The notes under the pieces: model-generated | The model's database searches: none | What the model was told of the DNA's origin: nothing | The model's input: the letters and a program-made list of their open reading frames with translations, nothing else | Assembly: GCF_018350175.1 (NCBI RefSeq) | Contig: NC_058368.1 | Coordinates: 115,756,001 to 115,820,000 of the forward strand | Direction: 5' to 3' | Source: Felis catus | Taxonomy: Eukaryota | DNA length: 64,000 nucleotides | Made by a program: the position numbers and the translations under genes | Shown here: positions 14,660 through 27,589 of the stretch, in pieces | Numbering within the stretch: position 1 is the stretch's first letter | Layout: each line of letters begins with the position of its first letter

Positions 14660-14778
14660 ACCGCTCAGAGCCTTCAGCCTGCTTCAGATTCTGTGTCTCT
14701 CTCTTTCTCTGCCCCTCCCCTGCTTGTGCTCTGTCTTTCAAAAATAAATAAACATGAAAAAGAAAAAAACAAAAAAAA
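14660..14778 (+). mobile_element. 5'-truncated Can-SINE
   Basis: cagagccttcagcctgcttcagattctgtgtctct...aaaataaataaac followed by an A tail. Confidence 0.75.
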
Positions 14779-14799
14779 GAATGTATTTGTGAGATCAAA

Positions 14800-15075
14800 T
14801 GACCCCAACTCCCCACCCACGCCATCTGCCCAACCTCCCATGCAGCCATCCTTTCATCCATTCACCTACCCAGAAACTCATTTACCTGCCCCTATGCCCA
14901 CCCATCATCCACACATACACCTTCTACACCCATGAGCACTCACTCACCCACTCATTTCCCCACCCATCCACCTCCTCACCAACCTATCTGCCCACCTCAT
15001 CATCAGGTCTATTCACCCATTCATCTGAACAATGATCTCCCCACCCACCCCACATTCATTCACCCACACAACAAA
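14800..15075 (+). repeat. Degenerate (CCAT/CCAC)n low-complexity tract
   Basis: Repeated ccacccac, ccatcc and cattca units. Confidence 0.65.
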
Positions 15076-15204
15076 CAACTGTGAATCAAACACCCATTTG
15101 CCCCACTGGCTGAAATGATACTTCACTACATCCACATTACTAGAGATTCAGATTTCTTTGACTTTTCATCTGAAGTCATCTCTTTTTCTTTTTCCCTGTT
15201 GTAG

Positions 15205-15248
15205 ACCCTTTACAACTCCATCAAGAATGAAAAGCTGGAATGGGCCAT
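15205..15248 (+). CDS. PSD2: PSD2 coding exon (TLYNSIKNEKLEWAI)
   Basis: Polypyrimidine tract plus ttgtag acceptor, gtgagt donor; end-of-Sec7 motif LYNSIKNEKL. Confidence 0.93.
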
Positions 15249-16262
15249 GTGAGTAGTGCCCATGGGCACAGGTATGGGGAAAGTGAGTCACTGGGAAGGA
15301 AAAAAAGGGAGTGGCTGAAGGTGCAGGGAAGTCACTTCTGTCACTCTCCATGGTGCTGATATCTCCCAGCCCAGGGCTCTGGTGACCCCTGTCCAGCAGG
15401 TCAGCACCACACGTTGAGTTCCCCTTTGGGTTCATTTTTTATCTTGATAAAAAGTGTGAAGTGTTTACACTGGTATGGAATAGATTAAACTGTGACTTGA
15501 GTTTCATGATGGCCACAACTTGTTTTCTATACTGCAATATTGCCAGTATTTCCAATGATGATAGTTTCCTTCTTGGGAGGTAAGCAGGCAGGAAGCATGA
15601 GACCCCAGTGTAACAGCTCTTGGTAGCGGGGAGAGGCAACTGTCACTATAACTTGTTCCTCTGCAAAGGCAGTGAGACCTGGAGGTGCCCAGCCATCTGG
15701 AAAGAGGTGTGGTGACCTTGCTGGGTGGGGAGACTGAGAGGCTCCTGGGGCAAGTGGCTGCCCCACCCTCCTGTGCTCTCCAGGGCACCTTGGTCTTTGG
15801 GTACATGTAGAGACCCCAGGTAGGAATTGTGAGAAATTCCAACAACACTGAGAAGATCTGGCATTTTTCTACCAGGGATGTAATGGGGATCCTAGACTTT
15901 AGGGGCCTCATCTACTGGCCCACCTTTCCCCAACATGTTTGTGGGGCTTGGTCAGCAGCTTCAGGCTGGCCATGGGTCACTGCTCCCTGGGGCTGGGCTT
16001 TCAGGGTTGGATAGAAGAGAAGAAATAAGGAATAAAACCAATAAGGTCTCCAACTTTGTGGTCAAAGAGTGCTTGGAGGATTGGAGCTTGAAGGCCAAAA
16101 ATCAAAGCTCAGAGGACAGGGGTCAGAATCAAAGACTAAGGAGAGGGGTCAAATATATGGATCTGTGATCTGGAATTGGAACCTCTTTACCTCTGCTCTT
16201 CACCTCTGACTGCTTCCCAGAGGAGTGGTTGGTGAGGAGGGAGCATTTCCGTGTGGGGCTAA

Positions 16263-16589
<327 letters not shown>

Positions 16590-16621
16590 TAGAATGTAAG
16601 GGGATGTGGGGGAGGAGATAA

Positions 16622-16876
<255 letters not shown>

Positions 16877-17053
16877 TGACTCAAGCTGAGTCAGAGCCTT
16901 GGGTTTTCAGGGAAGGGCCTTTTAAGTGCCCAGGAGTCCGAGGATACCCAGTGGAAGTTCTCTTTGGCCTTGGGACAAACCAAGGTGTGGAGAGGAGAGG
17001 CTGGAGTGCTTTGTTGGGGAGGGCATGGCACCAGAGTGGCAAGAGCTGAATGA

Positions 17054-17323
<270 letters not shown>

Positions 17324-17464
17324 TAAGTAGGAGTGGGAGTCCCCTCACTCCTACCCTGGCCTCAGGGCCTGCAGTATCGAGCCTACCCTGCACCCCTCTC
17401 CTCATCCATCTCAGGCGGGGTGCCCTGCACGTCAGCCACACGACTGACAGCTGGGGTCGCCCAA

Positions 17465-17630
17465 AGTAGAGGTTCTTAAGTGTGGGCCTCAGCATCTCCT
17501 GGAAATGTGTTAGAAATGCAATTTCTTTGGCCCCACCTTAGACCTATTGAATCAGAAACTCTGGGGCTGGGCCAGCAGTTGTGTTCTAACCAGGCTTTCA
17601 GGTGATTCAGTTGCATGCTGAAGTCCCTAC
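17465..17630. mobile_element. MER5A-like hAT-Charlie DNA transposon remnant
   Basis: tggaaatgtgttagaaatgca...ccccacc..agacctattgaatcagaaactctgggg...caggtgattc resembles the MER5A core. Confidence 0.7.
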
Positions 17631-18170
17631 GTCCAAGGCAGATGGAGTCTTAATGAATCATCCTTTACTGTAAATCAGGGTGGGGAAATGGATGGGAAAG
17701 ACTTGTCCTGTAGTTTCCCTGGAAGACCTCTGTACACTCCCCTTCATCCTGTCCTGTGACTTGAGATTGGAGTTTCATGTGTCACATGAGCTTAAAAGGA
17801 GGGAGGCTGGTAGGTGACCTCTCAAGATGGGAGTGTGTATGCTGGACGAGGTAGTGGGGAAGGGACAGGAAACCCGAGTGGGGACACTGCTTGTCCAGTT
17901 ATCTCTAGGTTCGAGTCTTCCAGGGATCACCTGCTGACTCTAAGTCCTCTTACTCCAGGGCCATTAGCTTTGGACCTGGACAGCTTGATTTTCACATGAA
18001 AATCCGGGTCTTGCCTAGCCGCTGGGAGTGAGAGGAGCTCTGTACATAGACTTGACCAGGCCCATCCAACCCCCATCCTGCCATCCTCCCTCACTCCTTT
18101 GTCCCCCTTTTGTGAAGGGATTGATGGCCTCCCTATGCCAGGCTAGTGCTGGGTCCTGGGGCCTGGGTAG

Positions 18171-18479
<309 letters not shown>

Positions 18480-19581
18480 TAAGAGACAAAGTGAAGAGGC
18501 AGATATTCTCCTCCATCCCCATTGCGCCCCACCCCCATTTACAGATGGGATGATTGAGGCCATACACCACACAGAGGCTTACATTCTTCTCTGCCAATGG
18601 GGGTGTATCCTGTGGATGTCATTGTGAGTCTGTGGGCATTGTGCGTGTCTGAGCATGAATGCGAGAGAATGTGTGTGCCACAGGGAGCTGGGGACAGGTG
18701 AGACTCGGCTGGCTCTTTTGCTGTCCTGATCTACCCTTAAATATTTTATTTGTAATCCTAAAAAAAAAAAAAACTATGTGACTTTTTCAGGGGTAGTTTG
18801 GAGAGGAAAGGATAAATGGTGGAACGCTACTTGGGAGGTGGAGGGCAGGAAGGGCTCCATGCCGCCTGTCTTCATCAGGCCCCCCTTCTGTACTGGGCCC
18901 TTGCCTTGGACCTCTCCATTGAGCTACCAGAGCCCCTGTGCATGCACATGCAATGCACACACACACGCAGACCCCACGCAGGCATACACCATACAGGTAC
19001 ACACACACGTGCTCTCTCCCCACACCTCCACTGCACACACGTGTGCATACATACGCACACAGGTGCAGCCCACTGCTCACACAGCATGAAGCTGTCTGGC
19101 TGTACTCCGGTGGGTGGGATGTACGTGTGCACCTGTCTGTGAGGAACAGTGTCTCTGCCTGTCTTTGGGTATGATCCTGGGTCTGTAACCATAGAGTCTG
19201 TCTGGGGGAGAATGCGAGAGAATGTGTGCATCCTGTGGAGCCAGGGGTAGCAGCGGCCAGGCTGTCCCTTGGTCCATCGTGTTTGTGTGTGCCCGTGAGA
19301 GTCCCTGTGAACCGGGGTGGGGGCAGAGTGCATCTGGAGTGCTGGTGTGCCTGTGTCAGCGTCTACACACACGTTCCAGTGTGCAGGCCTCTCATCTCCT
19401 GAGCCTGCCACAGATTTATCTAGGAGAGTTGATGCTGATGAAAGCAAGGGGGGGAGCGGGAGAGTGGAGGGCCACTCCCTCAGGTCCTCCACATACTTGA
19501 TGTCCCCGGCCTGGCCTCAGTTTCCCCTTGGTGAAGCAGATCCAGCAGGCCAGGATTAGACCCACCCCTGTGCCATCCTGA

Positions 19582-19962
<381 letters not shown>

Positions 19963-21457
19963 TAATCAAGCACTGTGCCCTCACCTGTGTCTCTCAAAGA
20001 GCACCAGGCGGGTACCACCCTTCTCTAAGACCGTCTTCACCTCCATGCCCCCCATGACCCAGCCGCCCACTCCGGAAGCTGTTACAACAAAACCACAGAC
20101 CGCTTGAGCCTGTCTGCATGGCCTGCTCCCCCTTTTGGGTCATTTTCCTTTTTTGCACATGTTTATCAAGCACAGCACCTAAGTTCTCCCTTCTTCCATC
20201 TTGCCTTTCCCTGCCCCCTCCTGCCCCCTGATGCTCTGCAAACGGGGCTGATGGAGCATCACTCTCACTGGGTCAAGCAGAGGGGGGCAGCTTGCGGGAG
20301 GGAGGTGGGAACCACTTGTCCTTTTTGGACAGCCTTTGTGTTGACCCGCTTGCAGGAGTGGACAATATAGAGGCTCAGACAGCCTCTGGAGCAGGAAGGG
20401 CAGGAAGTAACCAATCTCAATCTCTAGATTTCCACATTGATTTTCTGTTGAGGTATGAGGAAAAGGGAGTTCCCACAAGAGATCCTGACCTTTAAAAAAA
20501 CATAAAGCTGTTCAGCTTTTGAAATCTTCTCAGACCCACTCTCTCTGCAGCGTAAACATAGGGATGGCAAAAGCTACCGTGAACTGATCTCTCGCTAATT
20601 GCCAGGCAGCTGCGATTCCCTTCGCTTCCCTTGTACTGATTGATTTCATCCTCATGTCAACTCTGTGAAGTGTGGTCTGTTTTTATCCCCATTTTACAGA
20701 TGGGAAAATTGAGGCTTAGAGAGAGCAGATCACTTGCCTGAGGTGACAGTTAAGAAGTGCGGGAGCCTGAATCCTAACCGAGGCAGTCAGTCGGATTGGA
20801 ATTTCGGCACCCCTGTCTTTCTCACTTCCCGCTGGCTTAACTGGGGGAGGGGGATGGGTCCTGGAGGTGAAGCCCAGCAATGAAGGGTCTTTCTGTTCAT
20901 GTCGCAGAGCTGTGTGAGAACAGTGTCTCCTCACCTGTAGTCCCTGCTTCTTCTAGGATCTCAGCCTCTCCTGACTGTGGTGAAGGCTGGAAGCTCAGAG
21001 TCAGGCCCTCAGACACTGCCAAATCTCCCCTTCTAAATGTTTACCAATTTATAACACTTTAAATAGCTATGAATGTACTACTCTGTCCATGCCCTCACCA
21101 ACACTGGACACTACTGAATGTTTCAATCATCACTAATCTGAGAGATTTAACCAGGGGTATCTTATGTTAATTTGGATTAAAAATGTTTTAATTGTGGCAA
21201 ATACATATAACATCAGATTTATCGTCTTAACCATTTTGAAGTATGTAGTTCAGTAGTATTGAGTCTACTCACATTGTTATGCAAGTAATCTCCAGAACTT
21301 TTTCATCTTCCTAAACTGAAATTCTACACCCATTAAACAGCAACTCCCCAGCCCCTCCCTCTGCACTCTGCCTTCCACCCCCAGCAACCGCTGTTCTACC
21401 TTCGTCTCTCTGAGTTTGACTCGGTACTTCGTATGAGTGGAATCATCCAGGATTTGT

Positions 21458-21690
21458 GTTTTTTTTTTTTTTTTAATTTTTTTTCAACGTTTTTTATTTA
21501 TTTTTGGGACAGAGAGAGACAGAGCATGAACGGGGGAGGGGCAGAGAGAGAGGGAGACACAGAATCGAAAACAGGCTCCGGGCTCTGAGCCATCAGCCCA
21601 GAGCCCGACGCGGGGCTCGAACTCATGGACCGCGAGATCGTGACCTGGCTGATGTCGGACGCTTAACCGACTGCGCCACCCAGGCGCCCC
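21458..21690 (-). mobile_element. Young felid SINEC_Fc-type element
   Basis: CpG-rich, very similar to the copy at 4458-4687; TSD caggatttgt at 21448-21457 and 21691-21700. Confidence 0.92.
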
Positions 21691-21979
21691 CAGGATTTGT
21701 AGTTTTGTGACTGGCTTGTCCTCAAGTTAATCCACGTTGTGGCCTGTGTCAGAATTTCCTTCCTTTTTAGGCTGAATAATATTCCATTGTATATAGATAC
21801 CACTTCTTATCTTTTCATATACTGCTGGACATTTGGGTTGATTTCATCTCTCGGCTCTTATAAATAGTGTTGCTATGAACATGGGTGTGCAAATATTTCT
21901 GAGATCCTGCCTTAAGTTTTTTTGGGTATATGCCCCAAAATGGTATTGCTAAATCACAAGATAATGTTATTTTTCACTT

Positions 21980-22175
21980 TATTTTTTTAAGTTTATTTAT
22001 GTTGAGAGAGAGGGGTGGGGAAGGGCAGGGAGAGACGGAGAGAGAGAATCCCAAGCAGGCTCCGCGCTGTCAGCGTGGAGCCTGACGCGAGGCTCGAACT
22101 CAGAAACTGTGAGCTCATGACCTGAGCTGATATCAAGAGGTAGATGCTTAACCCACTGAACCATCTCGGTGCTCC
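21980..22175 (-). mobile_element. Can-SINE
   Basis: TSD tgtta(t/c)ttttcacttt. Confidence 0.85.
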
Positions 22176-22444
22176 TGTTACTTTTCACTTTCTGAAGAAA
22201 AGCCATACTGTTTTCTACAGCAAGCAGTGTGCCGTTCCAGTGTTCCCTACATCCTCACCAACACTTAGTTGCTGAGTTTTCTTTGATAGTAGTTGTCCTA
22301 ATAGGTGTGAGGTGATATCTCATTGTGATTTTGATCCGCATTTCCCCGATGATAATGATGTTGAGCATCTGTTCATGTGCTTATTGGCCATTTGTATGCC
22401 TTCTTTGGAGAAGTGTCAAGACATTTGCCATGTTTTTAATTGAA

Positions 22445-22646
22445 AATTTTTAATGTTTGTTTATTTTTGAGAGACAGAGTGCAAGCAGGAGAGGGGCATA
22501 GAGAGAAGGAGACACAGAATCTGAAGCAGGCTCCAGGCTCTGAGCTGTCAGCACAGAGCCCGACGTGGGGCTCGAACTCACAAACCGTTAGATCGTGACC
22601 TGAGTAGAAGTCGGACACTTAACCGACTGAGCCGCCCAGGGGCTCC
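22445..22646 (-). mobile_element. Can-SINE
   Basis: Flanking duplication acatttgccat..ttttaattga. Confidence 0.85.
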
Positions 22647-23049
22647 AACATTTGCCATTTTTTAATTGAGTTGTTTGTGTTTTTGTTGTTGAATTACAGG
22701 AGTTTTTAATATATTTCATAGATTTCTGGCTACTAGACCCTTATTACATACATGATTTGCAAATATTTTTTTCCATTCTGTGGATTGCCTTTTCACTGTG
22801 TTGTTCATGTCCTTTGATACACATGAGTTTTAAATTTCATAATCCCATTTGTCTCTTTTTAGTTTTGTTGTCAGTGCTTTTGGTGTCGTAGTCAAGAAAT
22901 CACAGCTAATTAACTTGAAAATTTAAAATTGTGAGTGACATTTCTGTGCATGCCCCTTGCCTATTTTTTTTATTGGGTTGTTGATCTCCTTTTTTATTGA
23001 TTTGTGAGAGCTCTCTGAATATTAAGGAAATTAGTCTTTTGTCACATAA

Positions 23050-23334
<285 letters not shown>

Positions 23335-23979
23335 CTGGCATGGATGGGCGAGCCCCAGAGGCAGGCAAATGTCCCCAGAGGGGTCAGTGAGCACAATTCC
23401 AGCTGGGGGCCACTTGCACCAGCTCCAGGCAGTTGACAGGCAGCCAGAGGGGTGCAGAGAGCCCTGTGGGCCAAGGAGATGGAGATGCTTACTCATGGCG
23501 TTGATCTTGCATCTTGGGGTTTTTCCGGGCCTCAGACCTTCTCCCCAGCCCTCATATTCCTCTCCACCATGGAGCCTCATTTTGTAGGCCAGTTGTATGC
23601 ATGTTCTAGACACCATCTCACTGGGAAAGGAGGACTGGCCGCTGGCTTCCCGGGCCCTCCCCTCCTCACAAGTTCCTCCCCTCATCTCCCTTATTTCCAA
23701 GGGCAGGACTTGACTCCAGGTCTCAGCTTGGATCCTCGGCTGTTCCCCTCCTCCTTCTTCAGACTTGACCAGCAGCGGGTCTGCAGACCACCAGCACCAT
23801 CCTCTCCTCCCTCCACCTTGTACCTTTTGGAACCATGCCCTGTTCTCCTGTCTCCCTTTGCAATAATCCAGGACCCGGGCCTGTTCCCTCGATGCCAAGT
23901 CGTCTCCACTCGTGTGTGCGTCCACCTCACCTTCCATTTATGGAGGCCACTACTGCTTTCTTTTATATGGACAAAAATG

Positions 23980-24023
23980 TATATATATATAAGAATTATA
24001 TATATATATATATATATATATAT
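23980..24023 (+). repeat. Interrupted (TA)n microsatellite in the PSD2 3' UTR
   Basis: Read directly. Confidence 0.85.
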
Positions 24024-24419
24024 GGAATCCCTTTAAAGATGATTTTGGAACTGATATCAGGATGAAATATGATGAAGGAAAAGCCTATTTCAGCACTCCA
24101 CCTGTTAGCAAGGAGGGCTGCTGGGCTGCTATCTAGTCCCTTGGTGGCCCTGACACTCTGGGAGGGAAGGTGGAGGCGGCGCTGAACCCCTCTCACTGCT
24201 TTTCCCCTCTTCCGGCTGACCTGTGACTTACTCTGCTCTTACAGTTGATGCTTTGGAATAAGTAGACAGTGTGTGTATATGCCACCCCATCTGTCCCACA
24301 GGCATTGCAGGGTGTGAGTGGGATGGACCATGGCCCTGTTTATATTTTGGTCTTTATGTTGGTGCTGCCAGGTCTCTGAGCTACAGAGGTGGCCTCTTGT
24401 ACAGATCTACTGCTACAGG

Positions 24420-24425
24420 AATAAA
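24420..24425 (+). terminator. Candidate proximal polyadenylation signal of PSD2
   Basis: AATAAA hexamer in the 3' UTR. Confidence 0.45.
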
Positions 24426-25326
24426 AGACACTCTGCCTTGCCAACAGCCACTTGTCAACAAGCCCAAAGATGTTTGTGGGGGTAGGGGGGGAGACGTTAT
24501 GGAAGCCAGTAAATTCTGGTCTTGAAGAAAAAAGGGAATAAGAAGTGGCTGATTGTTCTTTAAGTTGATACTTCTTTCACTCTTCTAGTGACTCACAAAG
24601 GCTAGCTAAGGACATGCTTGGGAAGGGTAGACAAATCTGCCCTGCGATGATCACAGACTAGCATCCTGTAAACCCTGCATTCCTCAGACTGACAAGTGGT
24701 GGGGGTGATGGGACCCTCAGTGTAGCTATGATGAGCAAATCCTTTATATTTTTAAAATAGATTAGTCTGGGCAGCACTCTGACCTCAGTGGTAACATATT
24801 TAGTTAGTTGCAAGGTTGGCTTATCTATTAAGTACCTAACATTTACAAGCACGCTCCCATTTGATGCAAGGGACGTAGAAGTCTGTGAAAATAGGTAGTG
24901 ATTTAAATCCAGGTTATTTAATTTGGATCAGCTGAAGTGTATTTTACAGCCAAACCATCTGGCCCCTTCATTTTGCTGAGGGGAAGTAAATGTTCATTTA
25001 AATGAAATTGAAAGAGCAATGTAATGTAAAAGAGCTCTCTGTACTATCTCCAGGCTGGCTCAAAGGTCTCTGATTTTTGGGGTCAGTTTCCCACCCTCCA
25101 CCTCACGAGGGCGGGTGAATGAAAGCAGAGGAGCGGCTTTTGTCTGCTGCAGACAGATCTGCTTCCCTGAGCACTAGTGATGTCTCCCATCAGTAAAAAA
25201 ATCTTTAGTTCACTTTCTTAATTGTATAATTATTTATTGTAAATTATATACATGTACTACTGTACTAAAATATTATGTACATTATAAAACATACACAAAA
25301 ATAGAAATTTAAAAAGATGAGATGAA

Positions 25327-25332
25327 AATAAA
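25327..25332 (+). terminator. Candidate distal polyadenylation signal of PSD2
   Basis: AATAAA preceded by several TGTA motifs (CFIm sites) and followed by a T-rich tract. Confidence 0.65.
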
Positions 25333-26074
25333 TCTAAATCAGAGTTCTAATATTTTTTTCCTGCATTCTAATGGACCATCACATTCCCCCACAACCTCTG
25401 CCCCTAATATGCCCATTTTCCAGGACTGTCCAAACCCAGAGGATGGAGGACCACAGGCAAGATGCAGTAAGTGGTTTGCGCCACCGGGTGGTCCCTGCAG
25501 ACTCAGGGACTTCTGGGGACTGACCCTGGATCACAGCGTTTCTTTGAGCCTTCATTTTCTCATTCAGTGAAGGTCAACAGTGCCGCACACCGTGCTAGGT
25601 GCTGAGGATACTGTGGTGAGAAGAGGACTGAGCAGCTCCCTGTCCACCTGGGGCTCACAGTCTAGTGGGGAGGGGGACAGGACGTCACCATTACCATTTG
25701 GGAGCCTGGGAACGCTGGGGAGAAAACCAAAACTGACCTGGCAGAGAGAAGAAGAAAGATTGGAGGAGTGGGGAAGACCACCAACTCAGGAAGTCTCCAG
25801 AATGTCCTAAGTGCTTGTGGGGGACAGGGTGGTAGTAGGGAAGCTGCTTGACAGGGCTATACCTCTTCCTGATGGGCCACTAAAGATGCCCTAAGGCATC
25901 AGTTTGGGAGGCACAAGGGAAAAAGAGCCTCTCTGGCCACACCGGCTCCCAGGTCCCATTCACGCTTGGGAAATGAATGGGTGACGGGTTAGGTTCTGGC
26001 CTTAGACTCTCAGTAGGTATTTTAGAATCCAGAGCAGCTAACAACGCTACCAAATCACTTGATACAATTATTTG

Positions 26075-26304
26075 GGGTCATGAGAAGTCCAATGGGTTCA
26101 CCGAGAGGTCACTCACAATTACTGGGGTTCACAAAGAGGTCAGTGGGTTCACTGAAGTCACAGAGGTGGTTTCTGACTGAAAATTTAGAAGGTAACAGCA
26201 ACTCCGAGCCCTCACAAGGGTCATATTGACACTGAGGGCTCCCGAAAAGGCCAATAGGTTCACCAAGAGGTCATTCACGACCATTGGGGTTCACATAGAG
26301 GTCA
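26075..26304 (+). promoter_or_regulatory. Cluster of nuclear-receptor response elements: four consensus DR5 RAREs plus DR3 and IR3 arrangements in a ~162-bp duplication
   Basis: GGTTCAccgagAGGTCA 26095-26111; GGTTCAcaaagAGGTCA 26126-26142; GGTTCAccaagAGGTCA 26257-26273; GGTTCAcatagAGGTCA 26288-26304. Motifs read directly; function inferred. Confidence 0.7.
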
Positions 26305-26629
26305 GAAATCACATAGAGGAATTATTGGCTGTTAGAAAAGCTTAAAGCCAACAGCAAACTCAGAGCCAGCAAAGGGATTTGGATGAGATCATCAGATGGG
26401 CCCTGGGAGAGGTGATTTGCAGGTTTATGTACGATTCAGTTCTTTATTTTCCTTTGTTTTTTTTTTTTATAACAGGTACTTATCCCCCCCCCAGCCCCCC
26501 ACAATGAACACCGTAACTTTAGTCCTTTCTTTACTTTTCCCCATCACGTCCCTTCACCCAGTTTTTGCCACTCTGCGTGATTCAAGAATGCAAGGCACAG
26601 GATACCATCATCATCATCAAATTAGCCAC

Positions 26630-26800
26630 TAATAAGCATCATATGCCAGAAGCAATACTGGGTGCTTTATAGATAATCTCCACAGTAACCCTTTGAGGTA
26701 GGTATCGGCATCACCCTTTAACGGCTGAGGAAACAGTGGCCTAGAGAAGTCACATAGCCCGTGAGGGGCGGAGCTAGAATTTGAACTCCGCCCCTCTCAG
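26630..26800 (-). mobile_element. MIR element
   Basis: cacagtaaccctttgaggtaggtat...ctgaggaaacagtggcctagagaagtcacatagc...tagaatttgaactc resembles the reverse MIR core. Confidence 0.65.
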
Positions 26801-27589
26801 CCTTAATGAAGCCTCTCTGTCCCTCCCATTTGTAGGTCTTCAAAGCGACCACACACATTCTGGGGGCGATCGTGCATGTGTGCACACAGGTCAACCACCT
26901 GAGTTCTTTGGATAGACGACTTCCTTGTGTCCGGCTGGAACATAAGGGATCCTGGCACTGGTTTAATAAATTAATCAATGAGGGAAAAGGCTTATGCACC
27001 CTGGACCGCCATCTGCCTTCTCCATGCCTTCCTCAGGGACTGCAGGTTTATACAGGCCCTGGCTCTGAGGGGCTATAAAGTTGGGAAAAGCACAACACCC
27101 TGTGGGCTTACAAGCTGCAGCAGCTGTGGTCTTCCTGGCAGCCAAGGGTACCCATTATGCCACCTTGCATGTCCAGGCTTTGCCTGTGACATGCTTGAGG
27201 CCCCAAGGGTCATCTTGCCTCAGCTGCCCCAGTGCCAATCCCACAACCCTTCCCTCCTCACCCACATAGGCCCGGAAATTGTTGCCTCAGTCCAGCCCCA
27301 GGAGCTCCAGGGTAGGAAGTGGGCCAGAGGTCTGAGGCTGAGCTCAAAGCAGAGTAATCTGCATCAGCCCCTTGGCCAGGTTCCCCAGAAGCCAGGGGGG
27401 ATACCTGGTGAATAATCTTGGAGGAGGGAGGAGGGTTGGAGCCTGTCCTGGGAGCTGAAGCCAGGGAGATTAGAGGGACAGTCTCTTCCTCCCAGGGACT
27501 AGCCTGGCCCTCTCCAATCTCCACCCCAACATCCATCCATCTCCACCCAGGTCCTCATTCTCACCTGGGGGCTAGGCACACACAGTCAA

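Larger units (their letters stand above)
21170..22900 (-). mobile_element. Old L1 3'-end fragment interrupted by three Can-SINEs
   Basis: L1 3' UTR/ORF2-end sequence (aataatattccattgtatatagataccac; gtgaggtgatatctcattgtgattttgat). Confidence 0.8.
23335..25350 (+). other. PSD2: PSD2 3' UTR (approximate; ends near the distal AATAAA)
   Basis: Follows the stop codon; no obvious transposon; AU-rich terminal block 25200-25340; AATAAA at 24420-24425 and 25327-25332. Confidence 0.7.

Noticed and set aside
26040..26370. Repeat-spacer-like periodicity resembling a CRISPR array
   Set aside because: Eukaryotic DNA with no cas genes; the units are 6-bp nuclear-receptor half-sites in a local duplication, not 25-45-bp repeats with unique spacers.
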